A stretch of DNA of 61,061 nucleotides, counting the filler. It is 8 parts of 8 records of this genome, joined end to end, with 100 filler letters (N's around TTAATTAATTAA, not from the genome) between each part and the next. Parts side by side here need not be neighbours in the genome. Positions count along the whole stretch, not along the records: positions 10,364 to 23,074 come from SRR31147125_21997; positions 23,175 to 30,682 come from SRR31147125_22008; positions 30,783 to 36,221 come from SRR31147125_22073; 5 more parts are not named here. One strand, written 5' to 3'. Shown here in pieces: positions 21,855 through 33,794 of this stretch. A model generated the notes under the pieces. It saw only the letters and a list, made by a program, of their open reading frames with translations. It was not told the origin of the DNA and did no database searches. A program made the position numbers and the translations under genes. Positions within the stretch are counted from its first letter, which is position 1, and each line of letters starts with the position of its first letter.

Positions 21855-21867
21855 TTATATGTCTCCT

Positions 21868-22461
21868 TTATTTCTTACCTATGAGGTTCATTACACACAA
21901 CATCAACCCAAGGCAGACAAAGGCGCCGGGCGCTTCAACCATAAAGGTGAACGGCTCGAATTCCGGACCGAAAACCGGGGCGCCGTAAAAGGTACCGTTA
22001 CCCAGAATCTCACGAACGCCACTGATGGCAGCAAGAGAGAGGGTAAAACCGATGCCCATGCCAAGTCCGTCTGCAATGGCCATATGTGGTGGATTTTTAC
22101 TGGCAAATGCTTCCGAGCGTCCCAGAACGATACAGTTAACAACGATCAATGGGATGAAAATACCCAGCTTCAGAAAAAGAGGATAAGCAAATGCCTGCAT
22201 CATCAGCTCAACCACCGTTACAAAGGTCGCGATGATGACGATAAAACAGGCGATCCTTACCTTTGCAGGGATGACGTTTCTCAAAAGGGATACCAGAAGG
22301 TTGGAGCAGACCAGTACGAATGTGGTCGCAATCCCCATTCCAATGCCGTTTTCAACGGCTTTTGTTACAGCCAAGGTGGGACAAAGACCCAGAACCAACC
22401 GAAACGGTGGAACCTCTGCCCAAAGTCCCTTGGTAAACTCTTTTACTATGGATTGTGCCAT
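21868..22461 (-). CDS. rnfE: Rnf electron transport complex subunit E
   Basis: LGLCPTLAVT, IPLIVVNC. Confidence 0.94.
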   Translation of the reverse strand: MAQSIVKEFTKGLWAEVPPFRLVLGLCPTLAVTKAVENGIGMGIATTFVLVCSNLLVSLLRNVIPAKVRIACFIVIIATFVTVVELMMQAFAYPLFLKLGIFIPLIVVNCIVLGRSEAFASKNPPHMAIADGLGMGIGFTLSLAAISGVREILGNGTFYGAPVFGPEFEPFTFMVEAPGAFVCLGLMLCVMNLIGKK

Positions 22462-22473
22462 AACTTAAGTCTC

Positions 22474-23058
22474 CTAATTGGCCATCTGTTTTTGAATCTC
22501 GGGTTTCAATCGGGTGTAGATCTCCTGAGCTTTCTGAGCCGCCAGACAGACACCCACAGATGTGATGGTCGCACCGGACATGGCATCGATTTCTCCGCCG
22601 CTTTTCTTGGTACCCAGATTTTTATCCAGGCTCATTCCGGCAAATTGAGCACCGAATGATGGATCATCTTTGGCTCTGGAACCCAATCCCGGAGTCTCAC
22701 TATGGGTGGTGACGGCAACGCCGATGATTTTGTCGGCAGTCACATCGATTCCCACCATCAGGCCGATATCACCCCCAAATCCTTTGCCTTTTGTTTCAAA
22801 GGTAATGGCTTTGGGAGTGCCATCATATTTACCCACAAAAAAGGTCAACTCCTCCTCTTTATCCATGATTTTGAAACGATCCTGGAGAGGGTCGTTGGAC
22901 ACATCACTGAGGATTTTTTTGATGGCCGGTGCTTTCTGGAACTTGAGAATCTGATTTTCAATTTTATCCTTTGTGCCGGTTCTGACTGCTGCCAGCATGC
23001 CTCCTGAAAAGGCGCTCAGTATCGTCAGAACGACAACCATGCTAATCATTTCACGCAT
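22474..23058 (-). CDS. rnfG: Rnf electron transport complex subunit G
   Basis: ETPGLG and the FMN attachment motif SGATITS. Confidence 0.94.
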   Translation of the reverse strand: MREMISMVVVLTILSAFSGGMLAAVRTGTKDKIENQILKFQKAPAIKKILSDVSNDPLQDRFKIMDKEEELTFFVGKYDGTPKAITFETKGKGFGGDIGLMVGIDVTADKIIGVAVTTHSETPGLGSRAKDDPSFGAQFAGMSLDKNLGTKKSGGEIDAMSGATITSVGVCLAAQKAQEIYTRLKPEIQKQMAN

Positions 23059-23074
23059 TGTTCACACCCTTTCC

Positions 23075-23174
23075 NNNNNNNNNNNNNNNNNNNNNNNNNN
23101 NNNNNNNNNNNNNNNNNNTTAATTAATTAANNNNNNNNNNNNNNNNNNNNNNNNNNNNNNNNNNNNNNNNNNNN
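23075..23174. other. artificial contig linker
   Basis: Ns plus TTAATTAATTAA. Confidence 0.99.
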
Positions 23175-23324
23175 ATGGTGTGGATCCTGTTTTCAACTCC
23201 GGTTGGGGCAAATGCCCTGAATCATTTTACACCCAGGGAGAATTCCCGGAGCGATCAGAAACCTTATTCAAAATTAAATATTCCAAATCTAATAAGAAAC
23301 GGGGCATAATCAATTTCTAAAAAA

Positions 23325-23570
23325 GCAATGACACAGTCATTGCACACCAAAAATTGGGACCTTTTAGGGATAATTTCTGTTGTATGTAGTAAATCTATAT
23401 TTGTGTCAACAAACAGCAACAATGGGCTTTAGCCCATTGCACAGGCTAATATTTAGATCGTTTATTTATTTTAACTACAAACATTCCGGATTAAGGATAA
23501 TATATGTTTTTAGACCAAATTTAATCTGTCTGAAGAACACTGGCAATGACACAGTCGTTGCACTCCAAAA
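23325..23570. repeat. cluster of REP-like palindromes
   Basis: GCAATGACACAGTC(A/G)TTGCAC(A/T)CCAAAA at 23325 and 23543; CAATGGGCTTTAGCCCATTG at 23420. Confidence 0.6.
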
Positions 23571-23587
23571 ACTTTTATTATTTGTTT

Positions 23588-24693
23588 TTAGTCGGCAGCA
23601 CATAATCCATCTACATAATCCCAATGAATTTTATTTTGTGGCAGCCAGGCACATTTCTTTTTACCAGCCATATTATATGAAATTTTTACAGCTCCATCAC
23701 CTTCTACTCGATAAAATTTTAGCAGTACAAAATGAACATTTTTAGCCAAATTTCCAATAATACCCTGTCTATTTTGGTTTGCTGCTGACCTGGCATCATA
23801 ATAAATATCCAACTTTTTTTTGTCGTTAGTGGCCAGGGATCTTGTAAATCAATAAATAATTCAGGTATTTCATAAAACTCCTGATTACTCGTGTCATATA
23901 TATATTCCTGATTATGAAAACTGGTTCCGTGAAGATCTTTACGAATACGGGCTGTAACTAGGACTTTAACATCATTCAATTTATGTACATCATATTCATA
24001 AGCCGGTATTGTAAACAATTGTTTAAATGTTCCGGTTTTATCAAAACCATAAAATAAAAGGACATGATCATCACTTGGCCCATACAGATGGGCCTGAAAT
24101 AAAGTTAACGAACTATCCTCATTCATAAAATTAACTATTTCAAATTGCCCGGAATTCAGTGCCCTTCTTTCTTCCTCTAAATCGAATAAATTTTTGGCTG
24201 AGGCAATCACATATTCAGGCGGCACAGATTCACAATTTACGATCCATTGTTTTGGTTGATCAAGATAAAGGAGTAATCCTCTGTTCCTACTGTGATTTTC
24301 GGACATAAACCTCGAATCTAAAGTAATATAAACAAGAGCACCGTTATGAAAGATCGTACTGTAAATGATTTCATAAAGATCTTCTTTATAACTTTTCTCA
24401 TTTTTGAGCAAAAAGGCGACATTCTTTTTTTCAATATCACTTAGGTTAAGTTCTTTTTCCTGTTGTTTATGGTACCACGATTGTTTGTCAAAGTAGAGAT
24501 CCAGATCTTTATCCTCAAATGGGTAACCATGTCTGGCATATATTTCATTTCGTGCATATCTCAGATATGCTTTTGATTTATTGTGAATATCCGTTTGTGT
24601 TAACAATTTTTGAGATGATTCCGGAAATAAAAAGTCATTGGCATAGATATGATTTATAGAAATAATTAATAAAAACAAGACTACCTTTTTCAT
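23588..24693 (-). CDS. secreted YARHG-domain protein; frameshift at the T8 run 23814-23821
   Basis: RNEIYARHGYPF and signal peptide; one extra A joins the 23588-23812 ORF. Confidence 0.8.
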
Positions 24694-24745
24694 TGATTCC
24701 CCTTTGAATTAATTCTGCAACCTTTAGTAGAAGAAGGTTTTTTGA

Positions 24746-24862
24746 TTACTCATCCCTGGATTTCTTTTTCCGTTTTTCAAAAATAAACAAAAGAACCAGG
24801 ATGATTACCAGAAGAAATACAATACCAACACCTTGTAAAAAATGGATAAAAAACTCGACCAT
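24746..24862 (-). CDS. 38-aa single-pass membrane small protein (not in the ORF track)
   Basis: AAAGGA RBS, then MVEFFIHFLQGVGIVFLLVIILVLLFIFEKRKKKSRDE. Confidence 0.55.
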   Translation of the reverse strand: MVEFFIHFLQGVGIVFLLVIILVLLFIFEKRKKKSRDE

Positions 24863-24888
24863 GGTGTTCCTTTCGGAAAAAGTTGAAC

Positions 24889-27090
24889 TCAGTGCGCCAG
24901 CTTGTTATATTTTTTCCACATCTTGCGCGATACATCAAGATAAGATCCTGTCGTCTCAGTTGGATAATTTTCTGATAGCTCTGTCCAGGCCTTTTCCATT
25001 TCGAATAATTTTTCATTAACGGCTTTTTCATCAAATGGCCTGTTATTCTGCAAGGACAATTTCATTTCATGGATAAAATATTCCCAGCGCGGCAGATAAT
25101 AACTGTTAAGCATACCGGACCAGTTTCGCCGTGAATAATCCCGTAGATTTTTACTGGTTCCCCACACCGTTAAAATCCGTCTGGCATTCCATTCCAGTTT
25201 GGCTTTTTCTTTTTCATTTGCACCCCATTGTTTGGCATTTTGCAGCCATGGTCCTAACAGAAACTGGTTGTGTGTAGCAGCCAGGTCATCCAGGTCACGA
25301 ATGACCTGGAGAAAAACGTCGGAAATGTGATTCAGGCGTTGCAGCTCTTTATTTTTAAAAGCATCAATCATTTTTTTATGCAGGACCGTGGTATAATTAG
25401 CCAAAACCTGAATGCCCACACTCACCAGATCATAGGCATAGGTGTCCTTATTTTGTAGCTTATCAGCCGAATCTAACAACAGTTCCCACGCTTCCACTAC
25501 TTTTGCCGTGTTATAGGTGGGTCCTGTTCCCGGATTCATTCTTGGATAGCGGTTGGCACTTAAAAAAACGCCGTACGTCAAGGAATCACTGTAAACCGAC
25601 TCTAGTAATTTTTCCCATGCCAGTGTCACATTTTTTTCTGACATGCCATAACGTGCTTTTGCATAGGTATCAAGCCATGATTTCACATCCACAGGTTTGG
25701 AATGCCAGGTTTGTTCAGTTAAAAACTCATAAGCAACCGGATTGCCTTCGAATCCTTCATTGACAAAACCGATGCCGGTTAGATTTTGACTATTCTGGTC
25801 GCTTCGTGCCGCATTAAGACGGGAGTTAACTTTGTTCAGCGGGCCATGCATATCCACATTGGCGCCGAATGTCTGAATGTTACACCACATCCATGGTTTG
25901 CCATAAAAAGCTTCTGTCTCTTTCCACATTTCTACCTGTTCGCAGAAAAGGTCCAGCAGGATAATGTGTTCATTCGGAACGGCAGTGAGAAAGGCCTTTA
26001 ACCTCTCCGGTGTCCAGAATTGTCTTTTGTTCATGAAAGCCCATCCCTGCAGGATCCAGACAGCATCCGGATCCGCGCCGGTCATGCCATGCAGAATGGA
26101 TTTTGCCATGGCATCCAGGTAAACCGGATCACCATCGGGCGGCTGCATTTCAATAAAGGTATCAGCAGCATATAGATGATCTGTTCCATATAGCTTTGTT
26201 TGCTCTTCAATAAACAGATGTCCGATTTTTTGGAATAGCGGATCCATTGGATCCAAGACCCAGGTTTCCCAGTCGATCCAATGTATATTTTGCACCTTGC
26301 TATTGGGAAATTTCTTCTTTATAGCCGGTGGAATATGCCCGGTAAAACCCTGCAGGACAGGTGTCATACCTAATTCCCGTTCACGCGCCAGGATTTTTTT
26401 CTGTAATTCTAAATGAGTATCAATCCAGTTCTCCGGTAAGGGTCCTCCCCAACCATCCAGGCAGCCCATCCAGCCAAACGGCAGATAAGGCGGGCCGGCA
26501 AAAAAATCATTCAGGTCATTTAATCCCAGTTCTTTGCCTACATTGCGCCAGACAGCTTCCTGGCCGGTAACAGATAATGGCATATTGATACCATTCAGAG
26601 CCATCCAGTCAATCAGTTTTTCCCATTGAGGCCAGTCGTACCAGACCATTGAGTAACCAAAAGAGCAATAATTCAGCATATACCGATATTTATCCTGACT
26701 CACCTGTCTGATTTTTTGTTTCACTTTTGGTAATTTTTTGGGCAGGTCCAATTGAGTACCAAACAAGGAGATATCACAAAACGCGACATATTTCAGGTAC
26801 CAATTCAATCCGGATGCCATGGAGACAGGATTATTACCTCGAATGAGAATACGATTGTCTTTACTTTCAATCTCAAACACATCGTAACCGGAATTCTGCG
26901 GGATTTTTTCAAAGATAAATTTTTCAGTAAAATCAGGCAATAAGCGTTGCACCAAGTCATTTGCGGCGCGAATATCGGCAGAACCTTTGCTTTCAGGTGC
27001 TCTTGTTTCGGTATTACCCTGACAGCCGTACAAAATCACAACCAGCAGGATCTGCAGTATTATGCAAGCTAAAGACTTTTTCATGGTCAC
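24889..27090 (-). CDS. alpha-N-acetylglucosaminidase (GH89), probable lipoprotein
   Basis: LNWYLKY, NYCSFGYSM, IDWMALNGIN, ADTFIEM, DYSRRNWSGM. Confidence 0.93.
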   Translation of the reverse strand: MTMKKSLACIILQILLVVILYGCQGNTETRAPESKGSADIRAANDLVQRLLPDFTEKFIFEKIPQNSGYDVFEIESKDNRILIRGNNPVSMASGLNWYLKYVAFCDISLFGTQLDLPKKLPKVKQKIRQVSQDKYRYMLNYCSFGYSMVWYDWPQWEKLIDWMALNGINMPLSVTGQEAVWRNVGKELGLNDLNDFFAGPPYLPFGWMGCLDGWGGPLPENWIDTHLELQKKILARERELGMTPVLQGFTGHIPPAIKKKFPNSKVQNIHWIDWETWVLDPMDPLFQKIGHLFIEEQTKLYGTDHLYAADTFIEMQPPDGDPVYLDAMAKSILHGMTGADPDAVWILQGWAFMNKRQFWTPERLKAFLTAVPNEHIILLDLFCEQVEMWKETEAFYGKPWMWCNIQTFGANVDMHGPLNKVNSRLNAARSDQNSQNLTGIGFVNEGFEGNPVAYEFLTEQTWHSKPVDVKSWLDTYAKARYGMSEKNVTLAWEKLLESVYSDSLTYGVFLSANRYPRMNPGTGPTYNTAKVVEAWELLLDSADKLQNKDTYAYDLVSVGIQVLANYTTVLHKKMIDAFKNKELQRLNHISDVFLQVIRDLDDLAATHNQFLLGPWLQNAKQWGANEKEKAKLEWNARRILTVWGTSKNLRDYSRRNWSGMLNSYYLPRWEYFIHEMKLSLQNNRPFDEKAVNEKLFEMEKAWTELSENYPTETTGSYLDVSRKMWKKYNKLAH

Positions 27091-27252
27091 TTCTCCACTT
27101 AAACCTGAATTCGTGGTTTTATATTTGCTCTGTTTTCTTTACCCTTAATAGGCTTCCATTACACCTGATAATATTATTAAAAATCACAAGTGTTTAAACG
27201 ATATAGTTAATTAAAGCACTACTTCAAGTGATTGTTGTATTAAATTATAATA

Positions 27253-27891
27253 TTATCTATTAACAGCTTTTCCATAAACTTCAATCCAGTCAAGTCTTGA
27301 ACAGGCTGCACTGGAACCTCCTCGCATGAGATCGGTAAAACCGATCTCATCTATCCTGGTCAGATCCGGATCGTTTACACGCCTCCCTTCAGTAATAGTT
27401 TTGATATTCAGATTATACCACTTTATATCTGCGATATTAAATTCCCGGATTCGCCAGTCGGATGATGTCTCATCATATTGATCTCCAATGATCCAGGTCC
27501 CATCAGCCAGTTTAAGGATAATATAGAGACGCCTTAATCCTGCCTGTTTGCTTCGCCATATAATCTTGGCCTGGCCAGTGAGATCAACAAAAAAGTTTTT
27601 GTGTTTCAATGATACAGCCCAGTTACCAGTACATTGTCCGGACCAGACGTAATACGGATCATCTGCCGGTTTATCGTGATGACTCTTTTTAATGTTGTCC
27701 TTTCCAGGACCATGCAGGTTTAATACAAGATCTTCATTGGCCACATGCTCCTGCGTGATGGGTGTCGCTGCCGGGATTTCCTTCCAGTCCTCTCTGAAAA
27801 ACAGAGACGGCCGATCCTGAGCCATGCCAGGGTATGAAAACAACATTATTAAATATAAAAACAATAGTTTATTGCCAGTTCGTATTGTCAT
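27253..27891 (-). CDS. secreted hypothetical protein (carbohydrate-binding-like)
   Basis: Signal peptide; Trp-rich beta-type sequence; in an operon with glycan enzymes. Confidence 0.65.
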   Translation of the reverse strand: MTIRTGNKLLFLYLIMLFSYPGMAQDRPSLFFREDWKEIPAATPITQEHVANEDLVLNLHGPGKDNIKKSHHDKPADDPYYVWSGQCTGNWAVSLKHKNFFVDLTGQAKIIWRSKQAGLRRLYIILKLADGTWIIGDQYDETSSDWRIREFNIADIKWYNLNIKTITEGRRVNDPDLTRIDEIGFTDLMRGGSSAACSRLDWIEVYGKAVNR

Positions 27892-27927
27892 TTTCTAAAA
27901 CCTCTAATGGATTGGTTGTTTATCGTA

Positions 27928-29154
27928 TCATTCATCTCCATTTACAGCAATATGAACAATTCGACAGGTTGTACCCACACTTTTTGAATTTTTCTCAGCA
28001 CTTATTCGTACCTGCAATGTATGTGGTTCATATGTCAATTCCGTTACCAGCATATAGAGCCATGGAATATGAAGTTGCCGGCTCCATTGGGTAAACATAT
28101 CCAGCTTTTCCCATGGTTTTCCATCAATACTGAATTCGATTATACCGGCATCCGGTCCTGCTGCCACAAACAAACCAACAGCACTTCCGCTAAAATTGAC
28201 AGAAAAAGAATCTCCGGGTTTTTGACCAATCAACATGGGTACATTGACAAAACCAGGCCGGATTCTTCCACCAACAGTATTCTTCCAATTTGGATCAAGA
28301 TAAAATCCTTTTTTATCTGTTACTTTGGCTATATCCAGGAGAAAACCATTTTCATAACTATAATCGTCAAATTTATCTGGTAACGTATAAGGTTGAACCT
28401 GTGCTGTTTTACTTTTCGTTTTTCCCCATGCAGCACCAAACAAACGATTTATAGTGCTGGCATACAGTTTATGACCAAAAGGAGCCGGATGCAGGTTCTT
28501 GAAATCCTTTTCCCAGGTAAATTCACCCTGATTTATTCGTTCTGTCACTTCCAAAGCCAGATTTAGGGATGGAATATTATAATGCGCGGCAATTTTTTCA
28601 TGGTTTTGGATAACATCCGGTGTTTCGCCCTTGTTGTAACATTCCATTTTGCCCGGATCCACAAAGTGCATCATAATAATATCGATGGCTGGATTTATTT
28701 TCCTGGCATGACGGACGATACCCTCCATTCCACGTATTTGTTCTATATCCGTTCTTCCATTAGTATCGTCATTTACGGCTGCTTCTTCAAACAGCAGATC
28801 CACTTTACCGTGAGAGAAAACGTCGCTTTGCAGGCGAAATGCGCCTGGCGTCAGACCAGTGGATGGAATACCAGCATCGATAAAATCGAATTCTGTATTC
28901 GGAAATCTCTTTCTCAGGCTGTCACAGACCATATCACGCCAGCCTTTCATGTGGGTAATGGAGCCACCCAGGAACACCACCCTGCCTTTACCTGTGTTAT
29001 CAAAAACGAGTTGAGCATTTTGTAGTCCATCACGGAGAATAAAATAATCTTTTCTTTTTAGACTACAATAGGACAAAAGAATAGTGAGCAAAAGAGCGGC
29101 CAACATGACTATATATAAAGATCGTTTAAATTTTTCAACTGAATTCCAGCACAT
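27928..29154 (-). CDS. SGNH/GDSL family hydrolase
   Basis: FLGGSIT, EAAVND, LHPAPFGH. Confidence 0.88.
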   Translation of the reverse strand: MCWNSVEKFKRSLYIVMLAALLLTILLSYCSLKRKDYFILRDGLQNAQLVFDNTGKGRVVFLGGSITHMKGWRDMVCDSLRKRFPNTEFDFIDAGIPSTGLTPGAFRLQSDVFSHGKVDLLFEEAAVNDDTNGRTDIEQIRGMEGIVRHARKINPAIDIIMMHFVDPGKMECYNKGETPDVIQNHEKIAAHYNIPSLNLALEVTERINQGEFTWEKDFKNLHPAPFGHKLYASTINRLFGAAWGKTKSKTAQVQPYTLPDKFDDYSYENGFLLDIAKVTDKKGFYLDPNWKNTVGGRIRPGFVNVPMLIGQKPGDSFSVNFSGSAVGLFVAAGPDAGIIEFSIDGKPWEKLDMFTQWSRQLHIPWLYMLVTELTYEPHTLQVRISAEKNSKSVGTTCRIVHIAVNGDE

Positions 29155-29165
29155 AATCTTTTAAC

Positions 29166-30434
29166 CTATTTGAGAGTTAGGTTTACTTTTTCAAATACAA
29201 TTTCACTGGACACGGTTGCGTCACGTTCATCGGTGACTGTTAAAAACCAGATAGTTGTTTCCGGAGGTGGTTTTTGAGCGAGAATTCGGTTTTTTTCTAT
29301 TACTGCCTTTTTGGTGATCCATTCACGTTTGCTAATCGAATCGATTCCGGTTGTATAATGGAGCTCAGAAGCTATTAGCTGTGTCTTTGTCACCACATCG
29401 GCACGAATCTCATTATTTTCAATTCCTGGTTTTTTGATTTTAGGTAAAGCTGTGCCATCACGCAGATATTCATCAACAAATAACCCAATTTCTTTGGGTT
29501 TCCACCCTGCTCTATGTCCATGCGGCATATTAACCGTGATCTTGTAATTACGCGGAGATGTGACCAGATCATATGTTTTGGCGTAACTATCCAGAAAATA
29601 AGCAAAATCATTGGTTCCATTAACAAAGAAAATTGGCAAGGCAGCAGAACCGATATATTGAGACGGATCAAATAAGGCGACCCATTTTTGACGCTGTTCC
29701 GGCTTCATTTTAGCAAATCGCCTCAGCCAGTAACTGTTTTCATGCAGAAAACCACAGCCATATACAGGAACAGCAGCTTTGAACCTGTTATCAAGACCAG
29801 CTACAATAGAGGTTAAATACCCGCCCCAGCTGATACCTGTGATGGCTATGTTATCGGGATCCACCTCTTTAAAACTGCGTAAAAGTGAATGAGCACGAAT
29901 AACATTAGCAACAGCATGATATGGCCATTGTTCAGTAAGAGCCGAGTCAATGTTACCAAATTTCACATCATCACTCTGATTCGGTCCGCCCCGTTCAAGA
30001 CGCTCTTCATTTTCTCCGCATCCTGCCAAATCCATAGCAAGTGCAGCATATCCACGTTTTGCCCACAATTCAACCCATTCTTTAAAAGCGTGTCCGCCTC
30101 CACCGTGTACGAGAATTACCCCGGGGTACATTTTCTCATTTAATGTATCACTAGCCATGCTGCCTGGTGTGGCATAATAAGCAAAAACCTCTGTTGGTTT
30201 ATTTTGAAAGATTTCTCCTTCATAGACAAAAGATTTTATCGGACTTTGCCGGTCTAACCACCTGACTTGTGGCGCTTTGCTTAACGCCTCCAGATTCCAT
30301 GGTGTGCTCAATGGTAAGGTTTTTGCCGGTTGAATAACAGCATGTCGTTTTGAGGCAATGTCTTTATCTTTGTTGCAATTCAAAAAGGCGAAAACAAAAA
30401 GTAAACATAGTATAGATAACCAGGGGCGATTCAT
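29166..30434 (-). CDS. alpha/beta hydrolase (acetylxylan esterase-like), lipoprotein
   Basis: LVHGGGG, GISWGG, NGTND, HGH. Confidence 0.82.
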   Translation of the reverse strand: MNRPWLSILCLLFVFAFLNCNKDKDIASKRHAVIQPAKTLPLSTPWNLEALSKAPQVRWLDRQSPIKSFVYEGEIFQNKPTEVFAYYATPGSMASDTLNEKMYPGVILVHGGGGHAFKEWVELWAKRGYAALAMDLAGCGENEERLERGGPNQSDDVKFGNIDSALTEQWPYHAVANVIRAHSLLRSFKEVDPDNIAITGISWGGYLTSIVAGLDNRFKAAVPVYGCGFLHENSYWLRRFAKMKPEQRQKWVALFDPSQYIGSAALPIFFVNGTNDFAYFLDSYAKTYDLVTSPRNYKITVNMPHGHRAGWKPKEIGLFVDEYLRDGTALPKIKKPGIENNEIRADVVTKTQLIASELHYTTGIDSISKREWITKKAVIEKNRILAQKPPPETTIWFLTVTDERDATVSSEIVFEKVNLTLK

Positions 30435-30682
30435 TTATTACACCTTTTCATTAAAAAAGAATAAGTTATATTTATTCAAAGGGAAAAATAATTTTACATG
30501 CACAAGAAGGAATAAGATATAACATGAACGTTTTTTTAAACATGTTTTACTTTTTAACAAATTGGAGATATGGAATAAAGATCCACTGAAACGAAAAAGT
30601 TTGATTAACTCTATAAATTATAGATAAATCAAAAGTATTATGCAAGGAAATAAAAGAGGAATTTTACTAAAGTATAAAAAAA

Positions 30683-30782
30683 NNNNNNNNNNNNNNNNNN
30701 NNNNNNNNNNNNNNNNNNNNNNNNNNTTAATTAATTAANNNNNNNNNNNNNNNNNNNNNNNNNNNNNNNNNNNNNNNNNNNN
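30683..30782. other. artificial contig linker
   Basis: Ns plus TTAATTAATTAA. Confidence 0.99.
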
Positions 30783-31085
30783 GCCATTCACCTCAATCTT
30801 TTCAAACATAGGGAATGTTACCCCATAGTTTAGCTTGCAAAAGCTTTCAATATCTTCGTTACTTGCTGGGTCTTGGTTTTTAAACTGATTACATGGAAAT
30901 CCAAGTACTACTACGTCTTTTTCCTTATAATTTTGATATAACTTTTCAAGCCCCTCAAATTGAGGAGTAAACCCACATTTACTTGCTGTATTAACGATCA
31001 ACAGCACCTTTCCACTATAGGATGATAATGCAACATCTTCACCCTTCATATTTACTGCGCTAATCTTTTCTTTATATAAACTCAT
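30783..31085 (-). CDS. glutathione peroxidase (Cys-type), 3' truncated
   Basis: [20 protein letters not shown]. Confidence 0.93.
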
Positions 31086-31147
31086 AATTATTCTCCTTAA
31101 TTAACTTTTTCTTTAAATTTATGATACTAGAAATTTCTGGATTTGTA

Positions 31148-31162
31148 TGTAACTATGTTACA
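31148..31162. promoter_or_regulatory. palindromic operator upstream of the peroxidase gene
   Basis: TGTAAC-TAT-GTTACA; candidate -10 TATCAT on the minus strand at 31121-31126. Confidence 0.5.
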
Positions 31163-31272
31163 GTTTGATTGTTTTTAAAATAGACTTAATTAGTAAAAAC
31201 ATTGAGAGAATAAACATGATATAATAAACTTGAAAAAATAAAATATGGAACACAAATTATTGGAGGAAGTTT

Positions 31273-32106
31273 ATGAGAATTGCAAGAGGGCTCTTATATG
31301 TAATTAAGGAATATGAGCGAGGAATAATAGAGACATTTGGGAAGTATTCTGGTTATAGAACTCCAGGATTGCAGTTGCAAATTCCCTTTGTGCAAGTATC
31401 TAGAATACGCGATACAAGAGAACATACAATGGATATAATTCCTCAGGAAGTTATAACTAAAGACAATGTTGAAATATGTGTTGATGGTATTATGTGGGTA
31501 AAGCCTTACCCAAAAGAGGATGCTATTAAATCCACATTTTACAATATTGACAATTGGAAGGCCGCGGTTATAGAGCTTGCACAGACAAACTTAAGACAGG
31601 AGTTTGGACATCTTACATTGGATGAGAGTTTGATAGCTAGAGAAAAAATATCTGACAATTTGCAAATGTCTTTAGATGAACTGACCGATAGCTGGGGCTT
31701 AAAGGTTACAAAAGTTGAAATAAAACTGATAGACCCGCCAGAAGATATTAAAATAGCTATGCATAAGCAAAAAACCGCTGAACAGGAAAGGCGTGCTATG
31801 AAGCTTTTAGCTACAGGAAGATACGAAGCGGCAGAACAGGACAAGCTTGCATCGATTCAACTTGCTGAGGGTAGAAAAGAAGCAGAGATTAAGGTTGCTG
31901 AAGGTAAGGCTAAAGCTATAGAGCTTGTTAACAATGCAGCTAGTACATACTTTAAAGGCAATGCAAAGGACTTGAAAAAATGGGAAGTTACAGAGAATTC
32001 ATTAAAGAGCAATTCGAAAGTAATAATAACTCAAGAAGGTCTATCGCCTAATCTTTTGATAGGGGATTTACCTATCACGGATAAAAAGCAAACGGATAAA
32101 GAATAA
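31273..32106 (+). CDS. SPFH/Band 7 (paraslipin/QmcA-like) protein
   Basis: QEVITKDNV, QTNLR, WGLKVTKVEIK, AEQERRA coiled coil; GGAGG RBS. Confidence 0.9.
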   Translation: MRIARGLLYVIKEYERGIIETFGKYSGYRTPGLQLQIPFVQVSRIRDTREHTMDIIPQEVITKDNVEICVDGIMWVKPYPKEDAIKSTFYNIDNWKAAVIELAQTNLRQEFGHLTLDESLIAREKISDNLQMSLDELTDSWGLKVTKVEIKLIDPPEDIKIAMHKQKTAEQERRAMKLLATGRYEAAEQDKLASIQLAEGRKEAEIKVAEGKAKAIELVNNAASTYFKGNAKDLKKWEVTENSLKSNSKVIITQEGLSPNLLIGDLPITDKKQTDKE

Positions 32107-32128
32107 TATATAAATTATTAGTTTACAT

Positions 32129-32162
32129 AAAAAAGCTGATACACTACTGCATCAGCTTTTTT
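32129..32162. terminator. bidirectional terminator between convergent SPFH and eno
   Basis: A6-GCTGAT...ATCAGC-T6. Confidence 0.8.
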
Positions 32163-32173
32163 CAATCAAAGTC

Positions 32174-33527
<1,354 letters not shown>

Positions 33528-33794
33528 TTATATTTTTACTTTATCATAAATACATGCTAAAAACAGTAAAAACAATTATAATATTATAGTTAATTTATAT
33601 TTAATACGTTTATAGAAAATAGTATAAGTAATTTTAAGTTTTAAATATTTTAAAAGTGCAAAATTTGTGATAATATATAAAAGGCTGAATACGACTATAG
33701 TAATCTTATACTTAATAAAATAAATAGATGTTGAGATATAGAATATTGCTAGAGCATAAATGAAAGTTTTGTATTAGTTATATGGGGGAATAAT

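Noticed and set aside
23325-23570. Possible CRISPR repeats
   Set aside because: Only two copies 218 bp apart and no cas genes; no CRISPR array was seen anywhere in the window.
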